Below, piece after piece: positions 9,167 through 17,406 of a stretch of DNA of 32,000 nucleotides. The notes under the pieces were generated by a model that was not told the origin of the DNA, made no database searches, and was given only the letters and a program-made list of their open reading frames with translations. The stretch spans positions 630,001 to 662,000 of the forward strand of contig NC_016893.1 in the NCBI RefSeq assembly GCF_000247565.1. The letters are read 5' to 3'. Each line of letters starts with the position of its first letter. Position 1 is the stretch's first letter. The DNA comes from Wigglesworthia glossinidia endosymbiont of Glossina morsitans morsitans (Yale colony). GTDB lineage: Bacteria; Pseudomonadota; Gammaproteobacteria; Enterobacterales; Enterobacteriaceae. A program made the position numbers and the translations under genes.

Positions 9167-9799
9167 TTATTTATCAGAATATAATTTTTTTTTAAAAATA
9201 TATTTTTGCACCGAAGTTGCAATTAAACCATTACAAGACATTCCAAAATGACATCTTAAACGAATAATGCTAGATGATATGTTCCAAACCGGCGTTAACG
9301 CATAATAAATTAATCCGCAGGGAAGATAATGCAAAATATCCGGATGAATTTTATTTAATTTTGGATTACATATATATTTTGAGCGCGAACATACTATAAG
9401 ATGACAGAAATTAATTAATTCTAATCCTCTATACCAATTTGGAAGATTTAAAAAAGAATCTTGACCTAAAATAAATCCAATAGGTTTATATGGACCGTAT
9501 TCGCAACGAATATTTTTAAAAGTATTGAAAGTCCAAGATGGCATAAGATCACGCACTTCTCTATAATCTATCTTAAAAATATTTTCTGGAATTTCAGATA
9601 TAGCGAGTTGTATCATATTTATACGATCTTCTATAGAAGTTTTTGGCATATTTCTATGCACAGGAATTCCATTAGGCAATAAAATAATTTTATTGAGACG
9701 AACTAATTTCGCAATAGCTATTGCAGATTGGACGTGTCCATTGTGAATAGGATCAAAAGTACCTCCGTAAAAAGCAATTAAAGTTGATTTTTTTTTCAT
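9167..9799 (-). CDS. nadD: Nicotinate-nucleotide adenylyltransferase
   Basis: The nucleotidyltransferase motif GGTFDPIHNGH is at the N-terminus. It is positioned downstream of holA as in E. coli. The gene begins ATG followed directly by an A9 tract (9788-9796). Confidence 0.9.
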   Translation of the reverse strand: MKKKSTLIAFYGGTFDPIHNGHVQSAIAIAKLVRLNKIILLPNGIPVHRNMPKTSIEDRINMIQLAISEIPENIFKIDYREVRDLMPSWTFNTFKNIRCEYGPYKPIGFILGQDSFLNLPNWYRGLELINFCHLIVCSRSKYICNPKLNKIHPDILHYLPCGLIYYALTPVWNISSSIIRLRCHFGMSCNGLIATSVQKYIFKKKLYSDK

Positions 9800-10790
9800 A
9801 TATTTTTGTTATAGGAGAATGATAACCACATAATATTAGAATGATTTCGTTAAAAAAATGCCATACTAAAATTTTTTTTCCACTTTTTTTTAGAATAATT
9901 TCTAAAATTAACATTAAATTAATTATAGAATTCAATTGATTAATACTAATTTTTTCAGAAAAATCTAAAATTAATTTATAATTTTTTTGACATATTTTAT
10001 TATCATTTATATTAATTAAATTTTCTTTAATTTTTATAATATAAACAACTTTATTTTGTATTTTTCTTAAAATTATTAACGGATCAAAAATTTTTTGCAT
10101 TTTTATTTTACTCAAAATAAATATAGATAAATTAATATTTCTTTGAAAAACAACAGAGATTAGTTGATCTACTGTATATATTAATTCAGAATTAACTATT
10201 TTTTCTATTTTTGATAAATTTATTAATTGATCAGGAAAAAGTATGCTGAATTTTTCCAATAATTTTAATGCAGCATATGTATTTTTTTTAAAAATTTTAA
10301 ATAAAAAAATTTCGGAATCAACATCTATTGATATTTTTAATATTTGATTAAAATTTCTTACCCAAGAAGAAAATTTTTTCTGAGTATTAATATTACAATC
10401 TATTATTGTAGAACTATTTTTTATATTTTTAAACCAAACTTGATTCTTAATTAAATTAGTTATTTGATTTATACATATAGTAAGTATGTTACTTTGTTTT
10501 AATAAAGACGTTAGTATAGAAAGATTTTGATGCATATCAATAGTTATTTTTTCCGGAAAGATAAGTAAAATGTGAATTTTAGCATTAAATAAATCAAAAT
10601 TATAAAATTTATTAAAAATATCAGTCCAATTTATATTGGAAGTGATATAAAACTTGTAATGAATAATTTTTTCAGTAGATCTTATATTAAATAAAATTTT
10701 TTGTATAATTTTTTCTAATAAAAAAAATTGATCTCCGACTAAAATATATAATTTTTTTTGATTTTTATTTTTTAATTTGATATTAAACAT
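9753..10790 (-). CDS. holA: DNA polymerase III delta subunit
   Basis: Collinear with remembered E. coli HolA: YILVGD..FLLEK vs YLLLGNDPLLLQE, NWTDIF...LFN...ILLIFPE, and AALKLLEKFSILFPD vs LALAQALERLSLLWPD. The ORF track begins at a TTG (10838). The ATG at 10790 fits the E. coli N-terminus better, so the start is uncertain. The 3' end overlaps nadD by 47 nt. Confidence 0.8.
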   Translation of the reverse strand: MFNIKLKNKNQKKLYILVGDQFFLLEKIIQKILFNIRSTEKIIHYKFYITSNINWTDIFNKFYNFDLFNAKIHILLIFPEKITIDMHQNLSILTSLLKQSNILTICINQITNLIKNQVWFKNIKNSSTIIDCNINTQKKFSSWVRNFNQILKISIDVDSEIFLFKIFKKNTYAALKLLEKFSILFPDQLINLSKIEKIVNSELIYTVDQLISVVFQRNINLSIFILSKIKMQKIFDPLIILRKIQNKVVYIIKIKENLININDNKICQKNYKLILDFSEKISINQLNSIINLMLILEIILKKSGKKILVWHFFNEIILILCGYHSPITKIYEKKINFNCFLRRYF

Positions 10791-10841
10791 TGAATTTATT
10801 AATATAATAAAGTAGATACAATTAATAAAATAATTCAAAAA

Positions 10842-11354
10842 TTAAGCAAAATTATTGCATCTTAAAAAAATGTATTTTTGTATTAAAACTTCTATAGCTT
10901 CGCTATAAATTTCCGCGATAAAATTTATTTTTTCCTGATATTTTTCTAAAGGAGAAATATCTTGATCAAAATAGATACGGGATATAGTGACGTTGACCGG
11001 AATATTTTGATGCATACTAAAGCGCAACTCTGCTTTAATATTAAAAATTATTTGATATTCTAAGAGCTTATATAAATTAGAAAACTCTATTTTTTTTATT
11101 ATCTCTGAAGTGCTAATAATATTTAATAGAGGAATTTTATTTTTTTCTGAATTAGCATTTATTAATTGAATATTATAAGATCTAAATGCATTATAAGCAG
11201 TTAAATATTGGATGTTGCATGTATTAATGCATTTAAAATATAATGCGTGCATATTATAATTCTTACAAAATTTTATTTTATCAAAACTAACGCAGCTATA
11301 CAGAACAGCCGGAACTAATATAGTTAATATTAATTTTTTAATAAAATTATTCAT
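10842..11354 (-). CDS. lptE: LPS-assembly lipoprotein LptE
   Basis: An N-terminal signal peptide with a lipobox-like L-Y-S-C is present. The central and C-terminal parts resemble remembered E. coli LptE (EYQIIFNIKAEL vs EYQMIMTVNATV; IYSEAIEVLIQK vs MYDRAAEQLIRK). It keeps the conserved position between leuS and holA. The start overlaps the leuS stop by 8 nt. Confidence 0.8.
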   Translation of the reverse strand: MNNFIKKLILTILVPAVLYSCVSFDKIKFCKNYNMHALYFKCINTCNIQYLTAYNAFRSYNIQLINANSEKNKIPLLNIISTSEIIKKIEFSNLYKLLEYQIIFNIKAELRFSMHQNIPVNVTISRIYFDQDISPLEKYQEKINFIAEIYSEAIEVLIQKYIFLRCNNFA

Positions 11355-13932
11355 TCAATACAAAATTAATCAATTTATTTTTAATATAGATAATTTTTTT
11401 TATTTTTTTATTTTTTAAAGAATTTTTTATTATTATACTTTTAAAAATTTTCTCTTTAATATATTTTTCATTACTTTTAAATTTAAATATCATAACTTTT
11501 TTAAATTTTCCATTAACTTGAACAATAATTTTTTTTTTCTTTTTTATAACATCAGAGTTTATTTTTGGCCATTCAGCATAATCAATATCTTTAGAACCTT
11601 TTAATTCACGCCATAATATGAAACATACATGAGGTGTAAATGGATAAAGTAAGCGTATAATAATCATAAGAATTTTTTTTGTTATTGATCGATTACATTT
11701 ATTATTTTTAATAGCATTACGTAAGTAATTTGTAAGTTTCATAATTAATGCAACTACAGTATTAAATTTATATTTGTTTTCAAAATTTTCAGTAATTTTT
11801 ATAATAATTTTTTGAGTTTGAAGTATTAAATTTGAAGATTCATGATTATTTTCAGAAGTTTCTTTTAATTTATTATTTTTATTTTTTTCGACATAATCAA
11901 AAGTCATATTCCAAATTTTTTTAATAAATCGATAAGCTCCTTGAATTCCTTTTTCTGTCCATTCTAACGAAGCCTCTGGTGGCGCCGCAAATACAATAAA
12001 TAAACGTAATGTATCTGCGCCATATTTACGAATGATATTATTTGGATGCACACCGTTATTTTTTGATTTAGACATTTTATGCATTCCAGTATGAATAAGC
12101 TTATGCCCTAAAGAATCTACAGCGTTTACAATTTGATTATTTTCATTTCTTTTAAAATTATTATTTACTGGAGTAGTCCAAATTTGGCTTCCCGAGCTAG
12201 AGATATAATAAAATGTATCTGACAATACCATACCTTGGCATAATAATTTTTTTATTGGTTCATTTGAATTTACTAAATTCATATCTTTAAATAATTTATG
12301 ATAAAATCTTAAATACAAAAGATGCATGGTCGCGTGTTCTACGCCTCCTATGTATAAATCTACTGGTAACCAGTAGTTCACAGCATTAGTATTTAACATA
12401 CCGTGTATGTAATGAGGACAAGTATAACGATATAAGTACCAAGAAGATTGTATAAAAGTATCAAATGTATCCGTTTCTCTTGTAAATCGATTTTTTTTGT
12501 AATAAATATTAATCCAATTAGCATAATTTTTTAAAGAATCAACTAATTGATCAGTATTCTTTTCTGGAAGAATGACTGGTAATTCATTTTCAGATACAGT
12601 AAAAATCTCGTTTTTATTATTTTTAATTATAGGAATTGGCGCTCCCCAATATCTTTGTCTGGAAATACACCAATCTTTTAATCTATAATGAATAATATTT
12701 TTTCCTATATGATTTGAAATTAAAAATTGAGATATTTTTTTACTTCCATCACAAAATTTTAATCCATTAAATTGCCCTGAATTACATAAAGTACTAGTCT
12801 GCATCAATTTTTTCTGTTTAAAATTAATGAAATTACCTTTACTATCTTTTAGTACATGTAGTATTGGTAAATTGTATTTTTTAGCAAAATCCCATTGGTC
12901 TTTAGAATATACAGGAACAGATAATATGGCATTATTAGAAGAATCCGGTATAAAAAAGAAATTACAGATCCATATCGGTAGTTTTTTTTGAGATATAGGA
13001 TGAATTGCAAATAAAGATGTAAAAATTCCTTTTTGATGATTCTGTTTAATATTTGTTTCAGAATTTTTTTCTGTTTGACATTTATGTATAAATGTATATA
13101 AATCATAATTTGAGCTTTTTACTGATTTTAACAGTATATGATCAGAAGAAATTATTACAAACGTTCCTCCCATAAAAGTAGCTATGTTATTTATATAGAT
13201 TTTAATTTTTTTACTGTAATTGTAAATTGATAATTCAACTTCTATGCCTTTTGATTTGCCAATCCAATTTTTTTGCATTATTTTAACTTTTTTTGGCCAA
13301 TTTTCTAACGTTTGAATATCATTTAATAATCTATCTGCATAATTAGTAATTTTTATAAACCATTGTGGAATTATTTTTTTTTTAATTCGAGAATTACAGC
13401 GCCAACACGAATTATTAATAACTTGTTCATTAGCCAATACTGTTTGATCTTTTGAGCACCAATTAACTGTAGATTTTTTTTTATACGCTATATTTTTATT
13501 ATACAGTTGAATGAAAAACCATTGATCCCAACGATAATAGTTAGGATGACATGTAATAATTTCTCGATTCCAATCATAACTGCATCCTAAAGATTTGAGT
13601 TGTTGTTTCATATTTTGAATACATTGCAAAGTCCATTTTTCAGGAGAAGTATTATTTTTTATTGCTGCATGTTCAGCAGGTAAACCAAAAGCGTCCCATC
13701 CAATTGGGTGTAGTACATTTTTTCCAAGCATTCTTTGGTATCTTGCGACGGCATCTCCTAAAATGTAATTTCTGACATGACCCATATGCAAATCTCCGGA
13801 TGGATATGGCAACATAGATAAACAGTAATATTTTTCTTTTTCAGAGTTTTCAGTCACTTCAAAAGTTTTTTTTTCTTCCCAATATTTTTGTACAAAATTT
13901 TCTATTTTTTTATGATTATAATCTTTTTGCAT
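11347..13932 (-). CDS. leuS: Leucyl-tRNA synthetase
   Basis: Class I motifs are present: PYPSGDLHMGH (HIGH) and KMSKSK (KMSKS). Collinearity with E. coli LeuS is strong. The ORF track starts at a TTG (13956). The ATG at 13932 (MQKDYNHKKIE...) gives 861 aa and matches the E. coli N-terminus (MQEQYRPEEIE). Confidence 0.93.
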   Translation of the reverse strand: MQKDYNHKKIENFVQKYWEEKKTFEVTENSEKEKYYCLSMLPYPSGDLHMGHVRNYILGDAVARYQRMLGKNVLHPIGWDAFGLPAEHAAIKNNTSPEKWTLQCIQNMKQQLKSLGCSYDWNREIITCHPNYYRWDQWFFIQLYNKNIAYKKKSTVNWCSKDQTVLANEQVINNSCWRCNSRIKKKIIPQWFIKITNYADRLLNDIQTLENWPKKVKIMQKNWIGKSKGIEVELSIYNYSKKIKIYINNIATFMGGTFVIISSDHILLKSVKSSNYDLYTFIHKCQTEKNSETNIKQNHQKGIFTSLFAIHPISQKKLPIWICNFFFIPDSSNNAILSVPVYSKDQWDFAKKYNLPILHVLKDSKGNFINFKQKKLMQTSTLCNSGQFNGLKFCDGSKKISQFLISNHIGKNIIHYRLKDWCISRQRYWGAPIPIIKNNKNEIFTVSENELPVILPEKNTDQLVDSLKNYANWINIYYKKNRFTRETDTFDTFIQSSWYLYRYTCPHYIHGMLNTNAVNYWLPVDLYIGGVEHATMHLLYLRFYHKLFKDMNLVNSNEPIKKLLCQGMVLSDTFYYISSSGSQIWTTPVNNNFKRNENNQIVNAVDSLGHKLIHTGMHKMSKSKNNGVHPNNIIRKYGADTLRLFIVFAAPPEASLEWTEKGIQGAYRFIKKIWNMTFDYVEKNKNNKLKETSENNHESSNLILQTQKIIIKITENFENKYKFNTVVALIMKLTNYLRNAIKNNKCNRSITKKILMIIIRLLYPFTPHVCFILWRELKGSKDIDYAEWPKINSDVIKKKKKIIVQVNGKFKKVMIFKFKSNEKYIKEKIFKSIIIKNSLKNKKIKKIIYIKNKLINFVLNE

Positions 13933-14368
13933 AACAAATGGAGTCCTATAACTCAATTTGAAAAAGTTATTGATTTTTTATTGTCTTAATAAGAATTTTT
14001 GTTTTACATAAACAAGATGTGATAAAATTTGAAAATTAAAAAATTTTTATATTAACTGTATATTGTTTATTATTCGTACAATTATTTTCAAATTTTTACT
14101 TCAAATTTTTTCTTAAAATTTAATTTTAAAACAATTTATATAAATTATATTAATAATATTTTAAAACAAAATCAATTATAAAACTGTTATATTTTATATA
14201 TTAATTTAATTTTACAATTATTGAAAAATTTTAAAAAGTATATAATTAATTCTTTTTTGAATTTAAAATATATTTTTATAAGTTTTTTTAATAAAAATTA
14301 AATATAATATTTATTAAATAATAAAGTAAAATTTATATAAATTAATCTATGTTAATTGAATTATTAAA

Positions 14369-15097
14369 ATGCATATTTTTAGAATATATCACTCACAAGA
14401 ATTAAGTTTAAATAAAACTATTATTATATCTGATCAATCTATGAATTATTTAAAAAATGTTTTAAGAATGAAATTAGGAAATTTAATAAAATTATTTAAT
14501 AACAAAAATCAAGAATATCTCGGAAAAATCGTAAAATTTGATAATAAAAAAATATATATTTGTTTAACAAAAAAAATACATAGTAATGTTGAATCTCCTT
14601 TAAAAATATATTTGGGACAATCAATTTGTAATAGAACGAGCATGGAGTATATTTTTCAAAAATCTGTAGAATTGGGTGTATATGAAATTACACCTTTATT
14701 TTCAGAACATTGTTACATAAATGGTAATCATTATCAAATAAAAAATAAAATGAAACGTTGGAAAACGATAGTTATTCATGCTTCGCAACAATGCGGTCGA
14801 AAATCTTTGTTAAAGATTAACTGTCCTATGTCAATGTTAGAATGGTGTAAGAAAAAAAATAACATCTTAAGCATTTACACTGATCTTCGATCAAAAAATA
14901 AAATGAACGATATTCGTAGTCATTATAATCAAGCAAGATTATTAGTAGGTCCAGAAGGAGGATTCTCTAAATACGAAAATGCATATCTTATGAAAAACAA
15001 TTTTTATAAAATCAGAATAGGCCCAAGAACTTTACGAGTAGAAACTAGTGTATTATCTGCAATTGCTTTATTACAAATGCGTTTTGGTGATTTTTAA
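14369..15097 (+). CDS. rsmE: 16S rRNA (uracil1498-N3)-methyltransferase
   Basis: MHIFRIYH...VLRM...LGQS...MEYIFQKSVELGV.EITPLFSE...LLVGPEGGFS...LGPR.LR.ET matches remembered E. coli RsmE (YggJ). It lies upstream of gshB as in E. coli. Confidence 0.9.
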   Translation: MHIFRIYHSQELSLNKTIIISDQSMNYLKNVLRMKLGNLIKLFNNKNQEYLGKIVKFDNKKIYICLTKKIHSNVESPLKIYLGQSICNRTSMEYIFQKSVELGVYEITPLFSEHCYINGNHYQIKNKMKRWKTIVIHASQQCGRKSLLKINCPMSMLEWCKKKNNILSIYTDLRSKNKMNDIRSHYNQARLLVGPEGGFSKYENAYLMKNNFYKIRIGPRTLRVETSVLSAIALLQMRFGDF

Positions 15098-15118
15098 TAA
15101 TAATATAGGAGCGAAATT

Positions 15119-16069
15119 TTGATTAAATTAGGAATTATTATGGATCCAATACAATCTATTCAGATCAAAAAAGATACAAGTTTTGCAATTATGTTAGAAG
15201 CGCAAAAAAGGAATTATATTCTATATTATATGGAAGTTAAAGATATTTATTATAGTAAAAGTGAAGTTTATGGAAATACAAAAATAATTTCTGTTCAAAA
15301 AAATCCAAAAAAATGGTATCAATTCAGTCATAAGAACACTATTAATTTAAAATCTTTGGATGTTATTTTAATGAGAAAAGATCCGCCGTTTGATTTACAG
15401 TTTGTTTATATAACATATATACTGGAATATTTGCACAAAAGTAAAGTTTTAATTATTAACAATCCTAAAAGTTTAAGAGATTACAATGAAAAAATGTCTG
15501 TTTTATCTTTTCAAGATGCTCCTAAAACACTAATTAGCTGTAACAAAAAATCTATTTGTTTGTTTCAAGAAGAAGTTGGAGATATAATTTTAAAACCTTT
15601 AAATAACATGGGAGGATCTTCTGTATTTTATGTAAAAAAAAACGATTTTAATACTTCAGTAATTATTGATACTTTAACTAACTATCAAAATAGTTTTTGT
15701 ATGATACAAAAATATATTCCAGAAATTATTTATGGCGATAGAAGAATTATTATTATTAATGGTATTCCTGTGCCTTATTGTTTAGTGCGTATTCCAGGAT
15801 ATGGAGAAATTAGAGGAAATTTAGCAGCTGGCGCAATTTTTAAAGTAGAATTATTAAGAAAAAGAGACTATGAAATTACATACAATATTAGTTCATTTTT
15901 AAAAAAATCAGGATTAATTTTTGTCGGTATAGATATAATCGGAAATTATTTAACAGAAATCAATATTACTAGTCCTACTGGAGTTCAAGAAATAGAATCT
16001 GTTTATCCAGTTTCAATTACTGGAATATTATTAGATAACATTGAAAAAATTTTAAATAAAAAAATGTAA
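15119..16069 (+). CDS. gshB: Glutathione synthetase
   Basis: The TTG start gives MIKLGIIMDP, identical in position to E. coli GshB MIKLGIVMDP. An AGGAG Shine-Dalgarno lies at 15107-15111 with 7-nt spacing. ATP-grasp blocks are conserved: ILMRKDPPFD, ILKPL..MGG.S.F, RGNLAAG, GLIFVG.DIIG..LTEIN.TSPT. Confidence 0.93.
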   Translation: MIKLGIIMDPIQSIQIKKDTSFAIMLEAQKRNYILYYMEVKDIYYSKSEVYGNTKIISVQKNPKKWYQFSHKNTINLKSLDVILMRKDPPFDLQFVYITYILEYLHKSKVLIINNPKSLRDYNEKMSVLSFQDAPKTLISCNKKSICLFQEEVGDIILKPLNNMGGSSVFYVKKNDFNTSVIIDTLTNYQNSFCMIQKYIPEIIYGDRRIIIINGIPVPYCLVRIPGYGEIRGNLAAGAIFKVELLRKRDYEITYNISSFLKKSGLIFVGIDIIGNYLTEINITSPTGVQEIESVYPVSITGILLDNIEKILNKKM

Positions 16070-16259
16070 TAATTTTTGATATTTTTAAAAAATTACTGTA
16101 GAGTACACAATATCTCTATAATCTAAATAAAATTTTTTGATAAAAATTTAATTAAAACTTGATAAAGCTAATAATAAATTATATAAAATTAAATAAACAT
16201 GTTAATCAAAAAAAATTTTTAATCTCACAACAAATATATATTCATCAAAGGTAAAAATA

Positions 16260-16679
16260 ATTAAAAATATTTTTTTAATAGGATTTGATTTTGGTACTGA
16301 AAATATCGGTGTAGCTATCGGTCAGACAATTACTTGTACGTCTAAACCGCTAAGTTGTATAAAATCTATCCGTGGAATTCCAAATTGGAAAAAAATTTCA
16401 GAAATTTTTCAAATATGGCATCCAAACGCTATCGTTGTCGGACTACCGCTGAATATGGATGGAAGTACACAAAAAATTACAATTTATGCAAAAAAATTTG
16501 CACAAGAACTAAGAAAAAAGTTTATCATACCAGTCAATATGCAAGACGAACGTCTTACTACAATAGAAGCAAAATCTATACTATTTAATGTTCAAGGATA
16601 TCGAGGATTGAAAAAAAAACTCATAAATTCGCAATCTGCCGCTATTATTTTAAATAGTTGGATGCAAAACATGAATTGA
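16260..16679 (+). CDS. ruvX: Putative pre-16S rRNA nuclease / Holliday-junction-resolvase-like protein YqgF; start codon non-canonical (proposed ATT)
   Basis: The frame is open from 16206. It encodes (I)KNIFLIGFDFGTENIGVAIGQ...IVVGLPLNMDGSTQK...DERLTTIEAK...SAAIIL, collinear with remembered E. coli YqgF ([21 protein letters not shown]...). The ORF track lists only the ATG at 16455, which would delete the conserved N-terminal half. There is no in-frame ATG, GTG or TTG between 16206 and 16455. ATT at 16260 lies 8 nt after aaagg (16247-16251) and gives 139 aa, against about 138 in E. coli. Confidence 0.75.
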   Translation: MKNIFLIGFDFGTENIGVAIGQTITCTSKPLSCIKSIRGIPNWKKISEIFQIWHPNAIVVGLPLNMDGSTQKITIYAKKFAQELRKKFIIPVNMQDERLTTIEAKSILFNVQGYRGLKKKLINSQSAAIILNSWMQNMN

Positions 16680-16754
16680 ATTGTTTAATTTAAATTAAAA
16701 TTAATCAATCTTAAAGATAAACATTTTTATATCAATATAATTTTTCTAAATAAC

Positions 16755-17377
16755 ATGAATGCTTATTTTTATATTAAATTTTTATTAAGTGCAAATAACA
16801 TTTCTGATCTTCCACAAGACAACGGATGTGAAATTGCTATTTTTGGACGTTCTAATGCTGGAAAATCAAAAGCATTAAATATTTTATTTAAAAATAATAA
16901 ATTGTCTAAAAGCAGTAAAATACCAGGAAAAACAATGTTTTTAAATGTATTTAAATTAAATAACAAATTAAGAATTATTGATCTTCCAGGATTCGGGTAT
17001 GCTAATGTATCAAAAAAAAATAAATTAAACATTGCATGTTTAATAAAACAATATTTTAGATTGCGTCAATCATTAAAAATTTTAATTTTTTTAGAAGATA
17101 TCAGGCGTTCTATATTAGATTTTGACGAAAAAATAATTCATTTAATTTTAAAAAAAAAATTCCTATTTTGTTTTTATTAAGTAAATCCGATAAAGTTTCT
17201 ACAAGTTATCGTCAATTTAAATTATTACAAGTTCAAAATTTTTTTAATTTACGCAAACACGAAATTTTTTCAGAATTTTTTTTAAGTACTTTTTCTTCTT
17301 TGAATCAAGATGGGGTAAACACTGTCAGAAAAAAAATAAATTTTTGGACAAAAACTAAGATTTTTAATACTGCTTAA
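16755..17377 (+). pseudogene. engB: Ribosome-biogenesis GTPase EngB/YihA, reading frame interrupted at a poly(A)10 tract; possibly functional via slippage
   Basis: ORF 16755..17180 carries G1 (GRSNAGKS) and G3 (DLPGFGYA) and stops 7 codons after the A-run. ORF 17168..17377, whose frame is open back through the A-run, carries [12 protein letters not shown] (G4, T/S-K-x-D) and the C-terminus. Joined as ...[20 protein letters not shown] it aligns with remembered E. coli ...[20 protein letters not shown]. The frames switch in A10 at 17150-17159, and one extra A gives a 207-aa product against about 210 in E. coli. Confidence 0.9.
17150..17159 (+). repeat. A10 homopolymer on the engB sense strand marking the frameshift site
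   Basis: Hand-indexed a17150-a17159, flanked by t17149 and t17160. Confidence 0.85.
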
Positions 17378-17406
17378 TTTTTGTTAAAAAAAATAAGTAA
17401 CTAAAT

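Noticed and set aside
16199-16222. ATG at 16199 followed by an A8 tract (16208-16215) as a slippage-dependent start for ruvX.
   Set aside because: It would add about 20 non-conserved N-terminal residues relative to E. coli YqgF and needs a frameshift in a shorter (8-nt) tract. ATT/ATA initiation next to the aaagg at 16247-16251 is more parsimonious.
16355-16588. 77-aa ORF (MYKIYPWNSKLEKNFRNF...) overlapping ruvX in another frame, and the 16455 ATG as the ruvX start.
   Set aside because: The 16355 ORF is out of frame with the conserved YqgF reading frame and has no homology I recognise. Starting ruvX at 16455 would delete the conserved GFDFG...VVGLPLNMDG half, which is clearly encoded in frame upstream.
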